From a virus (lineage: Duplodnaviria; Caudoviricetes): a DNA stretch of 56,047 nt. Below are positions 37,373 through 45,928 of the stretch, piece after piece. Where the stretch lies: positions 1 to 56,047 of IMG/VR virus record IMGVR_UViG_3300032342_000007; one strand, 5' to 3'. Numbering within the stretch: the first letter of the stretch is position 1; each line of letters opens with the position of its first letter. The notes under the pieces are model-generated. The model ran no database searches. It saw nothing but the letters and a program-made list of their open reading frames with translations, and was not told the origin of the DNA. A program made the position numbers and the translations under genes.

Positions 37373-37980
37373 GCGTCGTTGCTTTCAAGCCGACCGCGAA
37401 GGATCTTTTCACGCGGTTCGAGGTTCTGTTCTGGAGCTTGTTCCTCGGCATCCCTACCGCCCTCGGCGTCGGTGCTCATCTGACGCCGCAAGATCCGCCT
37501 GTGCCCTTCGTGGGCTGGGCGATTCTCTGGGCGGCCATCGGCGGCATGTGGCTCGTTGCAGTGCTGTTCTTCATTCGCAGGTGGAAGCAGCTCAACCTGT
37601 ACCGCTTTCGCATCGACCCGGTCGGACTGATGGTGGGCTGGAAAGAAGACAAGCACTGCGTGTCGGGCGAGATGGTCGAGCGCGAGCTGACGGCCGTCCT
37701 TGCGCGGCTGACTCCGACGTACCCTGAAGCTGCGAAGGCCCTGCGCGGCTGCGTCGTGGTGATGACCGAACCCACGTTCATGTGCTGGCCGGGTCCGGGC
37801 TTCGCCGCACGCAAGGTCGCAGGCGTGCAGGACGGTCAACTGATGTTCGTGGGCTGGCACGAGGACCTGAAGTCAAGTGCGTTGCAGCACGAGCTGGCAC
37901 ATCGAGTCCTTCAGGTGTACGCGGGAGATCCAGTAGAGTCGGTCGCTCACGAGATGATGACGAAACTGGGTGTCAGCTAG
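37369..37980 (+). CDS. Membrane protein with two TM helices and an HExxH metallopeptidase-like motif
   Basis: Two hydrophobic helices; ALQHELAH. Confidence 0.65.
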   Translation: MSVVAFKPTAKDLFTRFEVLFWSLFLGIPTALGVGAHLTPQDPPVPFVGWAILWAAIGGMWLVAVLFFIRRWKQLNLYRFRIDPVGLMVGWKEDKHCVSGEMVERELTAVLARLTPTYPEAAKALRGCVVVMTEPTFMCWPGPGFAARKVAGVQDGQLMFVGWHEDLKSSALQHELAHRVLQVYAGDPVESVAHEMMTKLGVS

Positions 37981-37990
37981 GAGACGGACG

Positions 37991-38275
37991 ATGGCGAAGA
38001 AGACGACGCGGAAGAGTTCAAAGCCGACTTCCAAGCCCAGCGGCGCTGCGATGGCTGCCGCCGAAGCGATGCTTGCCCCACTGCGCGACCTGTTGGTCAC
38101 TTCGGTCAAGCAGAACGAGCTGAACGCCCAGATGCTCACGGACTTGAACGACCGCGTCGAGAAGCTGGCGGGGCAGCTCGACCAACTTCAGAAGATCGCC
38201 CCCGCCGATTCCAAGCTCCTCACCGAACCCGCCCCTGTCCCCGTTTCATCCCTGCTCACCGAGTCCCCTCAATGA
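37991..38275 (+). CDS. Coiled-coil hypothetical protein
   Basis: AGGAG RBS, ATG 37991; LLTE occurs twice. Confidence 0.6.
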   Translation: MAKKTTRKSSKPTSKPSGAAMAAAEAMLAPLRDLLVTSVKQNELNAQMLTDLNDRVEKLAGQLDQLQKIAPADSKLLTEPAPVPVSSLLTESPQ

Positions 38276-38721
38276 CCGAAGAAGCTGCGCAGCCAACGTA
38301 CGACAAGAAGAAGCTGTGGAAGCTACTCCTGCTCGTAGTGCCTGCGCTCATCTCCGGCGCGTCGAGCTATTTGAAGTCTCGGGCGGAAGCGACTGACCAA
38401 GCGAAGGCGACCTTCGAGCACATGGAGGCGGACATCGACGCCCTCCAAGAGGCCGTGTCCAAAGTCGTCGAAGTGAACTACGTGCAGTCAGCGGAAATCG
38501 TTGTGCTGAAAGAACAGCTCGAATCAGCGAACAAGCGCGCTGAAGCCGTGCATCACTGGGCTGCGCTTCCCGCACCGGCTGTTGCAAAGCCACCGCCCTC
38601 GGGCGTGAACATGGACTCTGCCGACATGGACGGCGTCCCGGACGGACCGAAGGCGGCCATTCGTCGCAACAAGCCGCAGAGCTTCGATGCCGTCTTGCAG
38701 AACTACAAGTCGAAGAAGTGA
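38272..38721 (+). CDS. N-anchored membrane coiled-coil protein (i-spanin- or holin-like)
   Basis: KKKLWKLLLLVVPALISGA followed by coiled coil; upstream of a lipoprotein. Confidence 0.5.
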   Translation: MTEEAAQPTYDKKKLWKLLLLVVPALISGASSYLKSRAEATDQAKATFEHMEADIDALQEAVSKVVEVNYVQSAEIVVLKEQLESANKRAEAVHHWAALPAPAVAKPPPSGVNMDSADMDGVPDGPKAAIRRNKPQSFDAVLQNYKSKK

Positions 38722-38731
38722 GGGGGTTCAC

Positions 38732-39268
38732 ATGAAGCGCGCAATCTCTCTGGTCCTCGTGGTCGCTTTGTCCGGCGGCTGCGCGACGGTTCCTGCCCTC
38801 GCGCCGACGGTCGCCATCAACGTCGAGAAGCGGGTCGAAAGCCGCCCCTTGCCGCCCGACCCCTCCACGGAGGCCCTGCCGCCCGGTACGCCTGCCGACG
38901 ACTGGGTCCTGCCCTTGGAGGCGGGTTCGTGCCTCGACAAGGCCGGAAAGGCCGTTTCCGGCGCTGTGGGACCGTGTCCCAGCCTCAGCGGCATCTCCCT
39001 GAGCGAGTCTCGGGCCGCCCGAGCCAAGCTCTTCCAGATTCGCTACCCCGAACTGCGTCGCCTGTACGAGGCGGACCGTATGGTCTGGTCCGCGCACCGG
39101 GAGCTGTACGAAGAGCGCCTTCAGCAGGCCGACCAGAAGATTCGGGACATGCAGCCCAACTGGTTCGAGCGGCACGCGGTTCAACTTGGTGTGGTTGGAG
39201 GGTTCGTTCTCGGGGCCGCCCTGACGGTGAGCCTGACGTACGCGATTCACCAAACCACCAAGCCGTAG
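38732..39268 (+). CDS. Lipoprotein with C-terminal TM helix (unimolecular-spanin architecture)
   Basis: MKRAISLVLVVALSGG-C lipobox; C-terminal LGVVGGFVLGAALTVSLTYAI. Confidence 0.6.
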   Translation: MKRAISLVLVVALSGGCATVPALAPTVAINVEKRVESRPLPPDPSTEALPPGTPADDWVLPLEAGSCLDKAGKAVSGAVGPCPSLSGISLSESRAARAKLFQIRYPELRRLYEADRMVWSAHRELYEERLQQADQKIRDMQPNWFERHAVQLGVVGGFVLGAALTVSLTYAIHQTTKP

Positions 39269-39302
39269 GGTTGGATCTCTTTCGCTGGTTCTGGAGCTGG
39301 GT

Positions 39303-39620
39303 ATGTTCGCTTGTCTTCTCTGTGGCGCAGCCACGCAGTCTCTCACCGCCAATCGCCTGTGCCACCTGTGCGAGGTTCGCTGGCAAGACTCGCTGGAGTT
39401 CAAGCGCGCGGCCTACTTCGCGAAGCTGAAGCGAGAAGGTCCAGCAGCCGTCGCGTTCGCGGACTTTGTTTTCGGCAAGCAGAAGGAGCGGCAGGCGGAC
39501 GAGGCAGAAGCGAAGAGCCCGGAGCGCAAGGCGGAGAAGGAAGCCGCTGAAGCGAAATGGGAGGCTGAGAAAAAGAACGGCGTGCTCGCACCGAAACCGT
39601 CGAAGCCCAACGGTGTCTAG
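39303..39620 (+). CDS. Zn-finger hypothetical protein
   Basis: CLLC...CHLC. Confidence 0.6.
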   Translation: MFACLLCGAATQSLTANRLCHLCEVRWQDSLEFKRAAYFAKLKREGPAAVAFADFVFGKQKERQADEAEAKSPERKAEKEAAEAKWEAEKKNGVLAPKPSKPNGV

Positions 39621-39907
39621 GTCGGCTCCGCTTCCAGCTCGACGCTGAGCTTCTCCGACGCCAGCTTCCGGGCCTTGTCCAGAATGCGCGCCTGAGCGGG
39701 CTCGTCCTCGACCAGCTTCGTGACGTTGAGCATGACCATGTAGACGGCGAGGATCGCCGTCAGCTCCAGCTCGTCGTGCTCCGCAGGGGTCAGCAGTTCT
39801 CCGCGTTGGCGCTGAGAGATTTCCAGCCCCTTCGCAACGTTCACCCCCACGAGGTCGCGGTGGTACTGCGCGGCGGCGCGCTTCCGGTCGATGTACTTCG
39901 GTTGCAC
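39617..39907 (-). CDS. Hypothetical protein
   Basis: GGAGG RBS before GTG. Confidence 0.6.
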   Translation of the reverse strand: MQPKYIDRKRAAAQYHRDLVGVNVAKGLEISQRQRGELLTPAEHDELELTAILAVYMVMLNVTKLVEDEPAQARILDKARKLASEKLSVELEAEPT

Positions 39908-39923
39908 GAGAACCCTCCGAACG

Positions 39924-40139
39924 TCACTTGAGTCGAGTGAGTACGAGTCCCACGCGAACGGACATCGTGCCGTGCGAGAACAGGTGCGTCACCTGCTCGA
40001 CGCGATAGACGCCGAGCGGCAGTTGGTTCGCGTTGGTGGGCGGGTGACTCCAGTCGATGAACTCTCCTTGTCGAGGAAGCACCGAGTCGCGCAGGTCAAA
40101 CGTGGTCTCGTTTTCAGCCGTTTCGAATGTGATGTTCAT
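39924..40139 (-). CDS. Hypothetical protein
   Basis: AGGAG RBS; ATGA overlap. Confidence 0.6.
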   Translation of the reverse strand: MNITFETAENETTFDLRDSVLPRQGEFIDWSHPPTNANQLPLGVYRVEQVTHLFSHGTMSVRVGLVLTRLK

Positions 40140-40345
40140 TTGTTGTCTCCTTCAAAGTAGTACCGGGTCGCGGCGATCCGACGGCTGCGCGTTTGCTGCG
40201 TTGCCGCGTCGATTGCCTTCTGAAGGTTGGCGATTTGTCGGCGCACGGAAGTCAGGTGCGCTTGTCCGGCGTCTTGGTTCGAGGCCGCGTCCTCCAACAG
40301 GTCGAGAATCTTCTTGGCTGAAATCGGGGACAGCTCCACGTTCAC
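40136..40345 (-). CDS. Hypothetical protein
   Basis: GTGA overlap; helical. Confidence 0.55.
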   Translation of the reverse strand: MNVELSPISAKKILDLLEDAASNQDAGQAHLTSVRRQIANLQKAIDAATQQTRSRRIAATRYYFEGDNK

Positions 40346-41016
40346 GGCGTACCCCCGAGGCGACGAACCACAGGTCCACCATCGAACACGAGCTTCATGT
40401 CGTCAGGCAGGGTCTGTAGCCCGCCCTTCTTGATGTCCGTCGCGCAGCCGACCCACAGCTCTTCGAGTACCTCCAGCGGAAGGCGGCTGCTCCGCCTCTC
40501 TTGGTGCAGCTCGGCGTCCCAGACCTTCCGCGACATCCGCGACTCAGGCAGCAACTTGCCGTCCAGCCGCAGTTCCTTCCGCCCGCCGAAGCTGCTCTCC
40601 AGCGTGCGCAGCCAGACACGAACCAGATCCGCTCGCACGCACTCCGCGTACTCAATGCTCGTACCGTAGGCGGAGTCCTCACCGCCCGCGACGAAGCACG
40701 CTTTCTCGAACGGCTCACGCGAACAGCTCAGCTCCAACGCCTTCAGCAGCGCGCTCTGCTCCTCGGCGCGAGGCGTGCCGACCTCTGGCTTGAAGTGGAC
40801 CTGCTTGTTCGAGCTGAAGCACTTGCCCTCGTGTCCCGGCTGGAGCGCGCACGAATACGCCGTGATGGGCAACGCGCCGCCGCAGTACACGCGCACGTCG
40901 AAGTAGCCGTCCGTGTGAACGACCAGTCGCGTGCCCTCGCGTGCGCGCGCGAGAAGGAACAGCCGCAGGTCGTGGGCGAGCTTCTGTTCCTCAGGCGTGC
41001 GGTCGTTGTCGTTCAT
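40342..41016 (-). CDS. Hypothetical protein
   Basis: Coupled to Ku; YCG...CALQPGHEGKC motif. Confidence 0.6.
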   Translation of the reverse strand: MNDNDRTPEEQKLAHDLRLFLLARAREGTRLVVHTDGYFDVRVYCGGALPITAYSCALQPGHEGKCFSSNKQVHFKPEVGTPRAEEQSALLKALELSCSREPFEKACFVAGGEDSAYGTSIEYAECVRADLVRVWLRTLESSFGGRKELRLDGKLLPESRMSRKVWDAELHQERRSSRLPLEVLEELWVGCATDIKKGGLQTLPDDMKLVFDGGPVVRRLGGTP

Positions 41017-41858
41017 GCGGTCTTCTTCGCCTTCTTGGCGGGCTTCGCGTCGGACTTCACCTCGGGCTTCGCCGTCGCGGTCTTCGCGTCGATGCTGGCC
41101 TTCAGCGCCGCCATCAGGTCGAGAACCGGGACCATCGTCTTCGTCGGCACCGCGATGGTGATGGGCTCGCCCTTCACCTTCTGCTCGATGATGCCGCGCA
41201 GCTTCTCTTGGTGCTCATCCTTGTACTTGCCGGGCTCGAAGGCTGCGACCGCCTGAGCCTCCACGAGCTGCGTCGCCAGAGCGACCTCAGCGGGAGTCAC
41301 CTCGGTCTCGCCCAGCGGTACCTCAGCAGGGCTCCGCACTTCGTCGGCGTAGCGGAGCTGCTGCAAGGCCAGTCCGTCCCAGCCCGCGAGGGTCCGCACG
41401 ACGGCGACGTGCTCGCGCCCGCGCGAGGCATAGCGGACCACCGCCGCACGCTTGGTCTCCGACAAGGTCACCATGAGCAGCCGGAACGCGCGCTCCGCGC
41501 CCTTGTCCGGCCCGAGGAAGTAGAGGGTGTCGAGATAGAGCGGGTCGATGCTCTCAGCCGGAACGAACTCCGCGATTTCCATCCGCTTGTCTGACTCCGG
41601 TTCGAGCGCCTTCAGCTCTTCCTCGCTGAAGACGACGTACTGGTCCTTCGCGAACTCGTAGCCCTTGACGATGTTGTCCTTGGTGACGACCTCGCCGGTC
41701 TCCGGGTCGTACATCTGCTGCTTCAGGCGGGTCTTCTTCTCAGCGTGGAGCTGGTTGAAGCTGATCTTGGTGCTCGACTCGCTGGCCGAGTAGACCTTGA
41801 CCGGGATGTTCACCAGACCGAAGGACAGCATGTTCGACTGCATGGAGCGAAGGGCCAC
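41013..41858 (-). CDS. ku: Ku DNA end-binding protein
   Basis: LSFGLVNIPVKVYSA, ISFNQLH, IVKGYE, YFLGPD, LRYADEVR, YKDE, DLMAALKAS. Confidence 0.96.
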   Translation of the reverse strand: MALRSMQSNMLSFGLVNIPVKVYSASESSTKISFNQLHAEKKTRLKQQMYDPETGEVVTKDNIVKGYEFAKDQYVVFSEEELKALEPESDKRMEIAEFVPAESIDPLYLDTLYFLGPDKGAERAFRLLMVTLSETKRAAVVRYASRGREHVAVVRTLAGWDGLALQQLRYADEVRSPAEVPLGETEVTPAEVALATQLVEAQAVAAFEPGKYKDEHQEKLRGIIEQKVKGEPITIAVPTKTMVPVLDLMAALKASIDAKTATAKPEVKSDAKPAKKAKKTA

Positions 41859-41886
41859 GGTGGTTCTCCTTGAGGGTTATGAGGGT

Positions 41887-41914
41887 GTGATGTTGCGCGC
41901 CTCGTGATTGTCAA
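41887..41914 (-). promoter_or_regulatory. Phage promoter (TTGACAATC class) for ku
   Basis: TTGACA-16-CATCAC. Confidence 0.55.
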
Positions 41915-41921
41915 CTCGACC

Positions 41922-42044
41922 TCAGAACCCCTTCGGCCAGACGTTATGGGTGGCGTGCTCTTTCATCACGGCGCGAAGCATCGTCTGCATCTGTTCCTTC
42001 GAGACCTTCTGCTCGTCAGCCGCCGCGTACATCGCGAGAATCAT
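41922..42044 (-). CDS. Small hypothetical protein (40 aa)
   Basis: ATGA overlap at 42044; MILAMYAAADEQ... Confidence 0.45.
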   Translation of the reverse strand: MILAMYAAADEQKVSKEQMQTMLRAVMKEHATHNVWPKGF

Positions 42045-42394
42045 CGCGTCTTGCCCGCACTGCTCTCGGATGAGGTGTCGGGTGAAGCTGAGGAGGAGCG
42101 CGAAAGGGATTGCAGCCGCCTGATCATCTCCTCCCGGTACGAGTTGAACAGGGTCGCGCTGCAACCCACCCCCACCCCCATCACCCGCTCCATCTCCGCT
42201 CGTAGCTCGGGCGTCCCGTCGATGTACATTCCGCACCGCCACTGAATCCCCACCTGACGCAGGTAGGGACAGCCGATTTTCTTGTCCCATGTCAGTCCGT
42301 CCTCTTGCATCTGGTAGCTACTGAAACCGCACGGTCCTCTGCGACACTCAAACCCACAGCCAACGCATTCACCCTTGCTCCCCGGCGCGCTCAC
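42041..42394 (-). CDS. Cys-rich protein (YkgJ-like Fe-S/Zn binding)
   Basis: CVGCGFECRRGPC...CPYL...CGMY...C. Confidence 0.6.
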   Translation of the reverse strand: MSAPGSKGECVGCGFECRRGPCGFSSYQMQEDGLTWDKKIGCPYLRQVGIQWRCGMYIDGTPELRAEMERVMGVGVGCSATLFNSYREEMIRRLQSLSRSSSASPDTSSESSAGKTR

Positions 42395-42594
42395 CGCTTG
42401 TTCCGTGAGACCAGCGAGTCCGCCTCCGCGAGCGCCTGCTTCTGGCTCTCCGGGTCATCCGGGTAGAAGTAGAAGCGCGCGACCACCGGCCCGTCGCGAT
42501 GCCCGACGACTTCGTAGAACCGGTTGTCCTCGTGAACGGTGCCGTCCACGTACGCGTTCGGGTGGTTGATGTGAAAGGGGCGCGACGGGCTCAT
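42391..42594 (-). CDS. Hypothetical protein
   Basis: AGGAG RBS; overlaps both neighbours. Confidence 0.6.
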   Translation of the reverse strand: MSPSRPFHINHPNAYVDGTVHEDNRFYEVVGHRDGPVVARFYFYPDDPESQKQALAEADSLVSRNKR

Positions 42595-42941
42595 GGTTTC
42601 TCCTTGGGCAGCAGGTCGAGCGCGGCTTTGAACGCGTCCGCCTCGCCCTGCGCTTTCTTCTGACGTGCTTCGAGAACCTTTCGCAGCGTTGTGTCAGCCT
42701 CCGCCTCCGACAACGCGGCGACGGCTGTGCTGAAGATGCCGCCGACCTTGGGCAGGTCCGAAAACCGAATGCGCTTCAGGCCAATTGGCGCGTCCCGCTC
42801 TTCGTTGGACTCCACAGCAGTGAGCGTGTTCTTCGTGCGCGTGTACTGGAGCACTCGCCGCCTGACGCTCGCCTTGCCGTCGGTGGCGATAGCCGACACG
42901 AGGTGAAGGCTGACCTTCTCCGGCTCGACTTTATCGGTCAC
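42591..42941 (-). CDS. Hypothetical protein
   Basis: GGAG RBS; GTGA overlap. Confidence 0.6.
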   Translation of the reverse strand: MTDKVEPEKVSLHLVSAIATDGKASVRRRVLQYTRTKNTLTAVESNEERDAPIGLKRIRFSDLPKVGGIFSTAVAALSEAEADTTLRKVLEARQKKAQGEADAFKAALDLLPKEKP

Positions 42942-43963
42942 GGCTTCTCCCCCTTCTTGGTTGCACCCTCGACGAGCTTCTCGACCTTCTTCGTTTCAGG
43001 GAAGGTCAGCGGGGGCGGCTTGCCGTTCACTTCGGCCAGCTTTTGGATGCCGGACTCGACGATGGTGCTGTGGACGTAGGCTTCGACCTCGGTCTTCGCC
43101 GCGTGGACCACCTTGTCCATGTGCTCAGCGAGCTGCTTCACCATGAACGGAGCGGAGTCCGACATCTTCCGCTCTGCCGTGCTCATCGCGTCCAGCACCG
43201 CCTTGCGCTTCTCCTTGGTGGGCGACTTGTCGTCGATCAGCGCTTTCATCAGAGCCATCGCGTCCCCCATGAACTTCATCGCGTGCCGGGCGTCCTTCTC
43301 GATGTCGTCGTGGAAGCGCTCCACCTCCATCTGCTCCGGACAGCTCTCCATCGCCTTGCCGCCGACGTACTGAAGCGTGCAGGGCACCCCGCCACCCATG
43401 CCGACACTCGACACCATGTGAGCCCACTGAGCCTCGGAGAGCGCGACCTCGACCAGCCCGCCGTGGACTCCCCCGAAGTGCCAGTCACGCCCGTGCGAGC
43501 GCTGGCGCGTCGAGCGGCCAATGCTCAGGGTCATGTAGTGCTGGTGCTTGAAGGGCGACCCGAAGAGCGACGTATGCCCCGAGACGCGACTCACCTGCAC
43601 GAAGCCGTAGGACGGGTGCGTCTCAGGTTCCCACTCCCCAAGCAGCTCCGCGCGCTCGTCCATCTTCGCCTTGCGCTGGACCTCGTAGACGTGGGCCTTC
43701 TCCTGCCACTCAGGGGGCAGGTCCACGACCGTGCGCACCTTGGCGAAGTCGATCTTCTTCACGTCAGCCATCTCGTACTCGCCCCGGAAGTAATGCCCGT
43801 TGGAGACACCGCCGTCGGCGTCGATGAAGTCGTAGTTCACCGTGGTCGTGTCCGAAGTCGTGCCGTCACCTCCGACGCGGGTGATGAGCGCAGGCCGGTC
43901 CCCCACCACGATGACATCGCCTTCCTTGAAACGCTGGTCTCGGTCCTGCCATTTCTTAGCCAT
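42938..43963 (-). CDS. Hypothetical phage protein (leaderless)
   Basis: 341 aa; HPSYG..SRVSG..LFGS..H..EVALSEAQW..GVPCTL. Confidence 0.7.
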   Translation of the reverse strand: MAKKWQDRDQRFKEGDVIVVGDRPALITRVGGDGTTSDTTTVNYDFIDADGGVSNGHYFRGEYEMADVKKIDFAKVRTVVDLPPEWQEKAHVYEVQRKAKMDERAELLGEWEPETHPSYGFVQVSRVSGHTSLFGSPFKHQHYMTLSIGRSTRQRSHGRDWHFGGVHGGLVEVALSEAQWAHMVSSVGMGGGVPCTLQYVGGKAMESCPEQMEVERFHDDIEKDARHAMKFMGDAMALMKALIDDKSPTKEKRKAVLDAMSTAERKMSDSAPFMVKQLAEHMDKVVHAAKTEVEAYVHSTIVESGIQKLAEVNGKPPPLTFPETKKVEKLVEGATKKGEKP

Positions 43964-43968
43964 GCCCT

Positions 43969-43997
43969 GTCCTATCGGCAGGGGTATGGATTGTCAA
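43969..43997 (-). promoter_or_regulatory. Phage promoter, leaderless
   Basis: TTGACA-ATCCATACCCCTGCCGA-TAGGAC, 5 nt, ATG. Confidence 0.7.
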
Positions 43998-44005
43998 TGC
44001 AAGGG

Positions 44006-44467
44006 CTACTCGTCGCGCTTGACATGCGTGACCACGCCGGAAAGGACGACTCGGCGGGCCATGTGCGGTTTCTTGCTCAGCAGCTCCTTCGAGTACGAGG
44101 GTATGACTCCGGCGGCCACCGAAACGGTGACGTGCGCCACCGGGGCGAAGCTGGAGTCGCGAGTCACTCCCGGCGCAACCGGGTAGTCCGCCTTGACTGC
44201 CTGAGCTTTCTCATCTGCCGCCCACCCCGTGACACTGAACTTGATGCTCTTGCCCATCGGGGCGGCGGAAATCTCGTCATCCGAGGGTTCGAACTTCAGA
44301 GTGAGGTGGTGAGCGTGCGTCACGGTGAGCAGCGGAAGACCGGTTTCGTCCCGCCACCACTTCAGAAGGCGCGTGCGGCTTGACGTGTCGAGAACGATGG
44401 CGAGGTACGAACGGTCACCCGTCTCAACGAGGCCACGAAGCTGTTCAGTCAACGTAGAGAGACTCAC
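44006..44467 (-). CDS. 2H phosphoesterase (tRNA-ligase CPDase-like or Acb1-like)
   Basis: Two HxT motifs: AHHLTLKF and VAHVTVSV. N-terminal LTE/LVE extension. Confidence 0.8.
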   Translation of the reverse strand: MSLSTLTEQLRGLVETGDRSYLAIVLDTSSRTRLLKWWRDETGLPLLTVTHAHHLTLKFEPSDDEISAAPMGKSIKFSVTGWAADEKAQAVKADYPVAPGVTRDSSFAPVAHVTVSVAAGVIPSYSKELLSKKPHMARRVVLSGVVTHVKRDE

Positions 44468-44526
44468 GAACGGGTTCTATCACTCCTTGATCGGTTTGAG
44501 CCCTACGCTGCCAAGCAAGTCAGCCG

Positions 44527-44781
44527 TCATTCGCCCTCCGTTCTGGGGTTGGTCGCCGCCTTCTTCAGCGGAGCCCCGCGCGCCAGCAGCTCTTCGTGGA
44601 ACTTCTTCGCCAGCTCCGGGACAACCTCGTTCCCCGGCGCACCGACGGCGATGACGATGGTGAACGGCCAGCGCTCGGGCGTAGTGAAGCCGTTGAGCAC
44701 GAACGCAGAGCCGTTGAGCTTCGCGTACGTCACGAGCTGATCCATCGTCATGTACCGAATCGTCTCCCACGCGTCAGCCAT
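44527..44781 (-). CDS. Hypothetical protein
   Basis: GGAGG RBS, ATG 44781. Confidence 0.6.
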   Translation of the reverse strand: MADAWETIRYMTMDQLVTYAKLNGSAFVLNGFTTPERWPFTIVIAVGAPGNEVVPELAKKFHEELLARGAPLKKAATNPRTEGE

Positions 44782-44816
44782 CACCTGCCTCCCAATCCGA
44801 GGTTCTTCAGCGAAAA

Positions 44817-44991
44817 AGGCCCCAGAGGAATCGAACCCCTGTACAGGACCGCGTGCCACGTCTGGCAGGGCGCTGACCGGTCAACAGCACCAGCCCATAC
44901 CCTCAGCAGCATCGTCCCGCTAAGGACGGCACCCCGTTCGCGTCATTCCGAGAACCCACTGCAACCCGCTAAGGCGGCAGCTCGGAGGCCC
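44817..44991 (-). ncRNA. ~175-nt tRNA-like structured RNA (acceptor stem + T-arm, multibranched interior)
   Basis: 5' GGGCCUC pairs with 3' GGGGCCU. T-arm AGGGG-UUCGAUU-CCUCU directly precedes the 3' strand. Several internal hairpins. Fills an intergenic gap. Confidence 0.65.
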
Positions 44992-44999
44992 AGTCTTTC

Positions 45000-45413
45000 T
45001 TAGATTTGATCCTTCACCCCAGTCCAGTCGTAGTCGAACACCCAGTTCACCGGCTTCATGTCGATCTTCACGAGGAAGTCCGTCATCAGGCCCGCCCCCA
45101 CCTTGTTGCGGCTATGGACCACCACCGTTCCCGGCCGTGTCTTCACCGGCATCTTCTTGATGTAGTAGGCCAAGTCGAGCCCATCGAGTTCCTTCCGGTT
45201 CGGATGAACGTCGAGCCACTCGCGCAAAGTCGAGTCACCGGGGTCGTGGACATCGAAGTCAAGGAAGAGGAAGTCCGCGCGCTTTTCCCGGAGCAGCTCG
45301 ATGCCGTCCCGAATCACCTTGGTCTGCACGAGGTCGTGCGAAGGACCGAACCACTTCTCGAACCGGTCCAGTCGCGACTGCTTGTCCTCCAGCACGACGA
45401 TGCGTTTCCCTAC
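45000..45413 (-). CDS. Cyclic-phosphate-processing-type receiver domain protein (start uncertain)
   Basis: IVVLED..R, FLFLDFD, DGLD, VVVHSRN.VG...M. The track's N-terminal extension to 45797 overlaps another gene. Confidence 0.7.
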   Translation of the reverse strand, partial: VGKRIVVLEDKQSRLDRFEKWFGPSHDLVQTKVIRDGIELLREKRADFLFLDFDVHDPGDSTLREWLDVHPNRKELDGLDLAYYIKKMPVKTRPGTVVVHSRNKVGAGLMTDFLVKIDMKPVNWVFDYDWTGVKDQI

Positions 45414-45922
45414 GGCTCGCAGTTCGGGCACCAGAACGTCGAGAATTGGAAGAGGACCACGCTCTTGTTCGACCCGCCGCAACAGAGACAGACCTTTGAA
45501 GTCGAGTTGTTCTCCACCGGGGCCTTTGCCTGCCCGTTTTTCCTCATCGCGGGCGGCTTCGAGGGCGTGCCCCCAAGCGTGGGCGATTTCGCGGGGCTCT
45601 TCGTCGAGGGGGAGGTCAAGTTCCCGGCAGACGGAGGCGAGCTGTTCGAGGAATCCGGAGGTGCGAACGGAAGTCCGTCGTTTCTCACTTCGGCGGGCGT
45701 CATCTCTCTCTTGAATGAGGAGTCGTCGCTTCCGTTTTTGGAAAGCGTCCCAGCCCGACACCACGTCGATGCGCTCGTCTTCCTTGTGATTTCCCATAGC
45801 TCGATCTCCACGGAGTAAGGCTTCACGGTGAACGTCGCGACGAACACCAGCTTCTTCGCGCCGCTCGCGTCCGTGCCCTTGTAGTAGGCCCCTGCTCGCA
45901 AATCCTTGTATGCGATACCCAT
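45410..45922 (-). CDS. Hypothetical protein with C-terminal Zn ribbon (leaderless)
   Basis: ATG 6 nt after the -10 box; S/P linker; CLCC...WCPNC. Confidence 0.6.
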   Translation of the reverse strand: MGIAYKDLRAGAYYKGTDASGAKKLVFVATFTVKPYSVEIELWEITRKTSASTWCRAGTLSKNGSDDSSFKREMTPAEVRNDGLPFAPPDSSNSSPPSAGNLTSPSTKSPAKSPTLGGTPSKPPAMRKNGQAKAPVENNSTSKVCLCCGGSNKSVVLFQFSTFWCPNCEP

Positions 45923-45928
45923 AGTGGC

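Noticed and set aside
44817-44991. Standard tRNA or tmRNA
   Set aside because: No unambiguous D arm or 7-nt anticodon loop at canonical spacing; about half the length of tmRNA; no G3-U70 pair or tag ORF recognised.
45414-45797. N-terminal half of the 265-aa ORF 45000..45797
   Set aside because: It overlaps the promoter-linked 170-aa gene ending in a Zn ribbon; only the receiver portion looks like a real protein. Not fully excluded.
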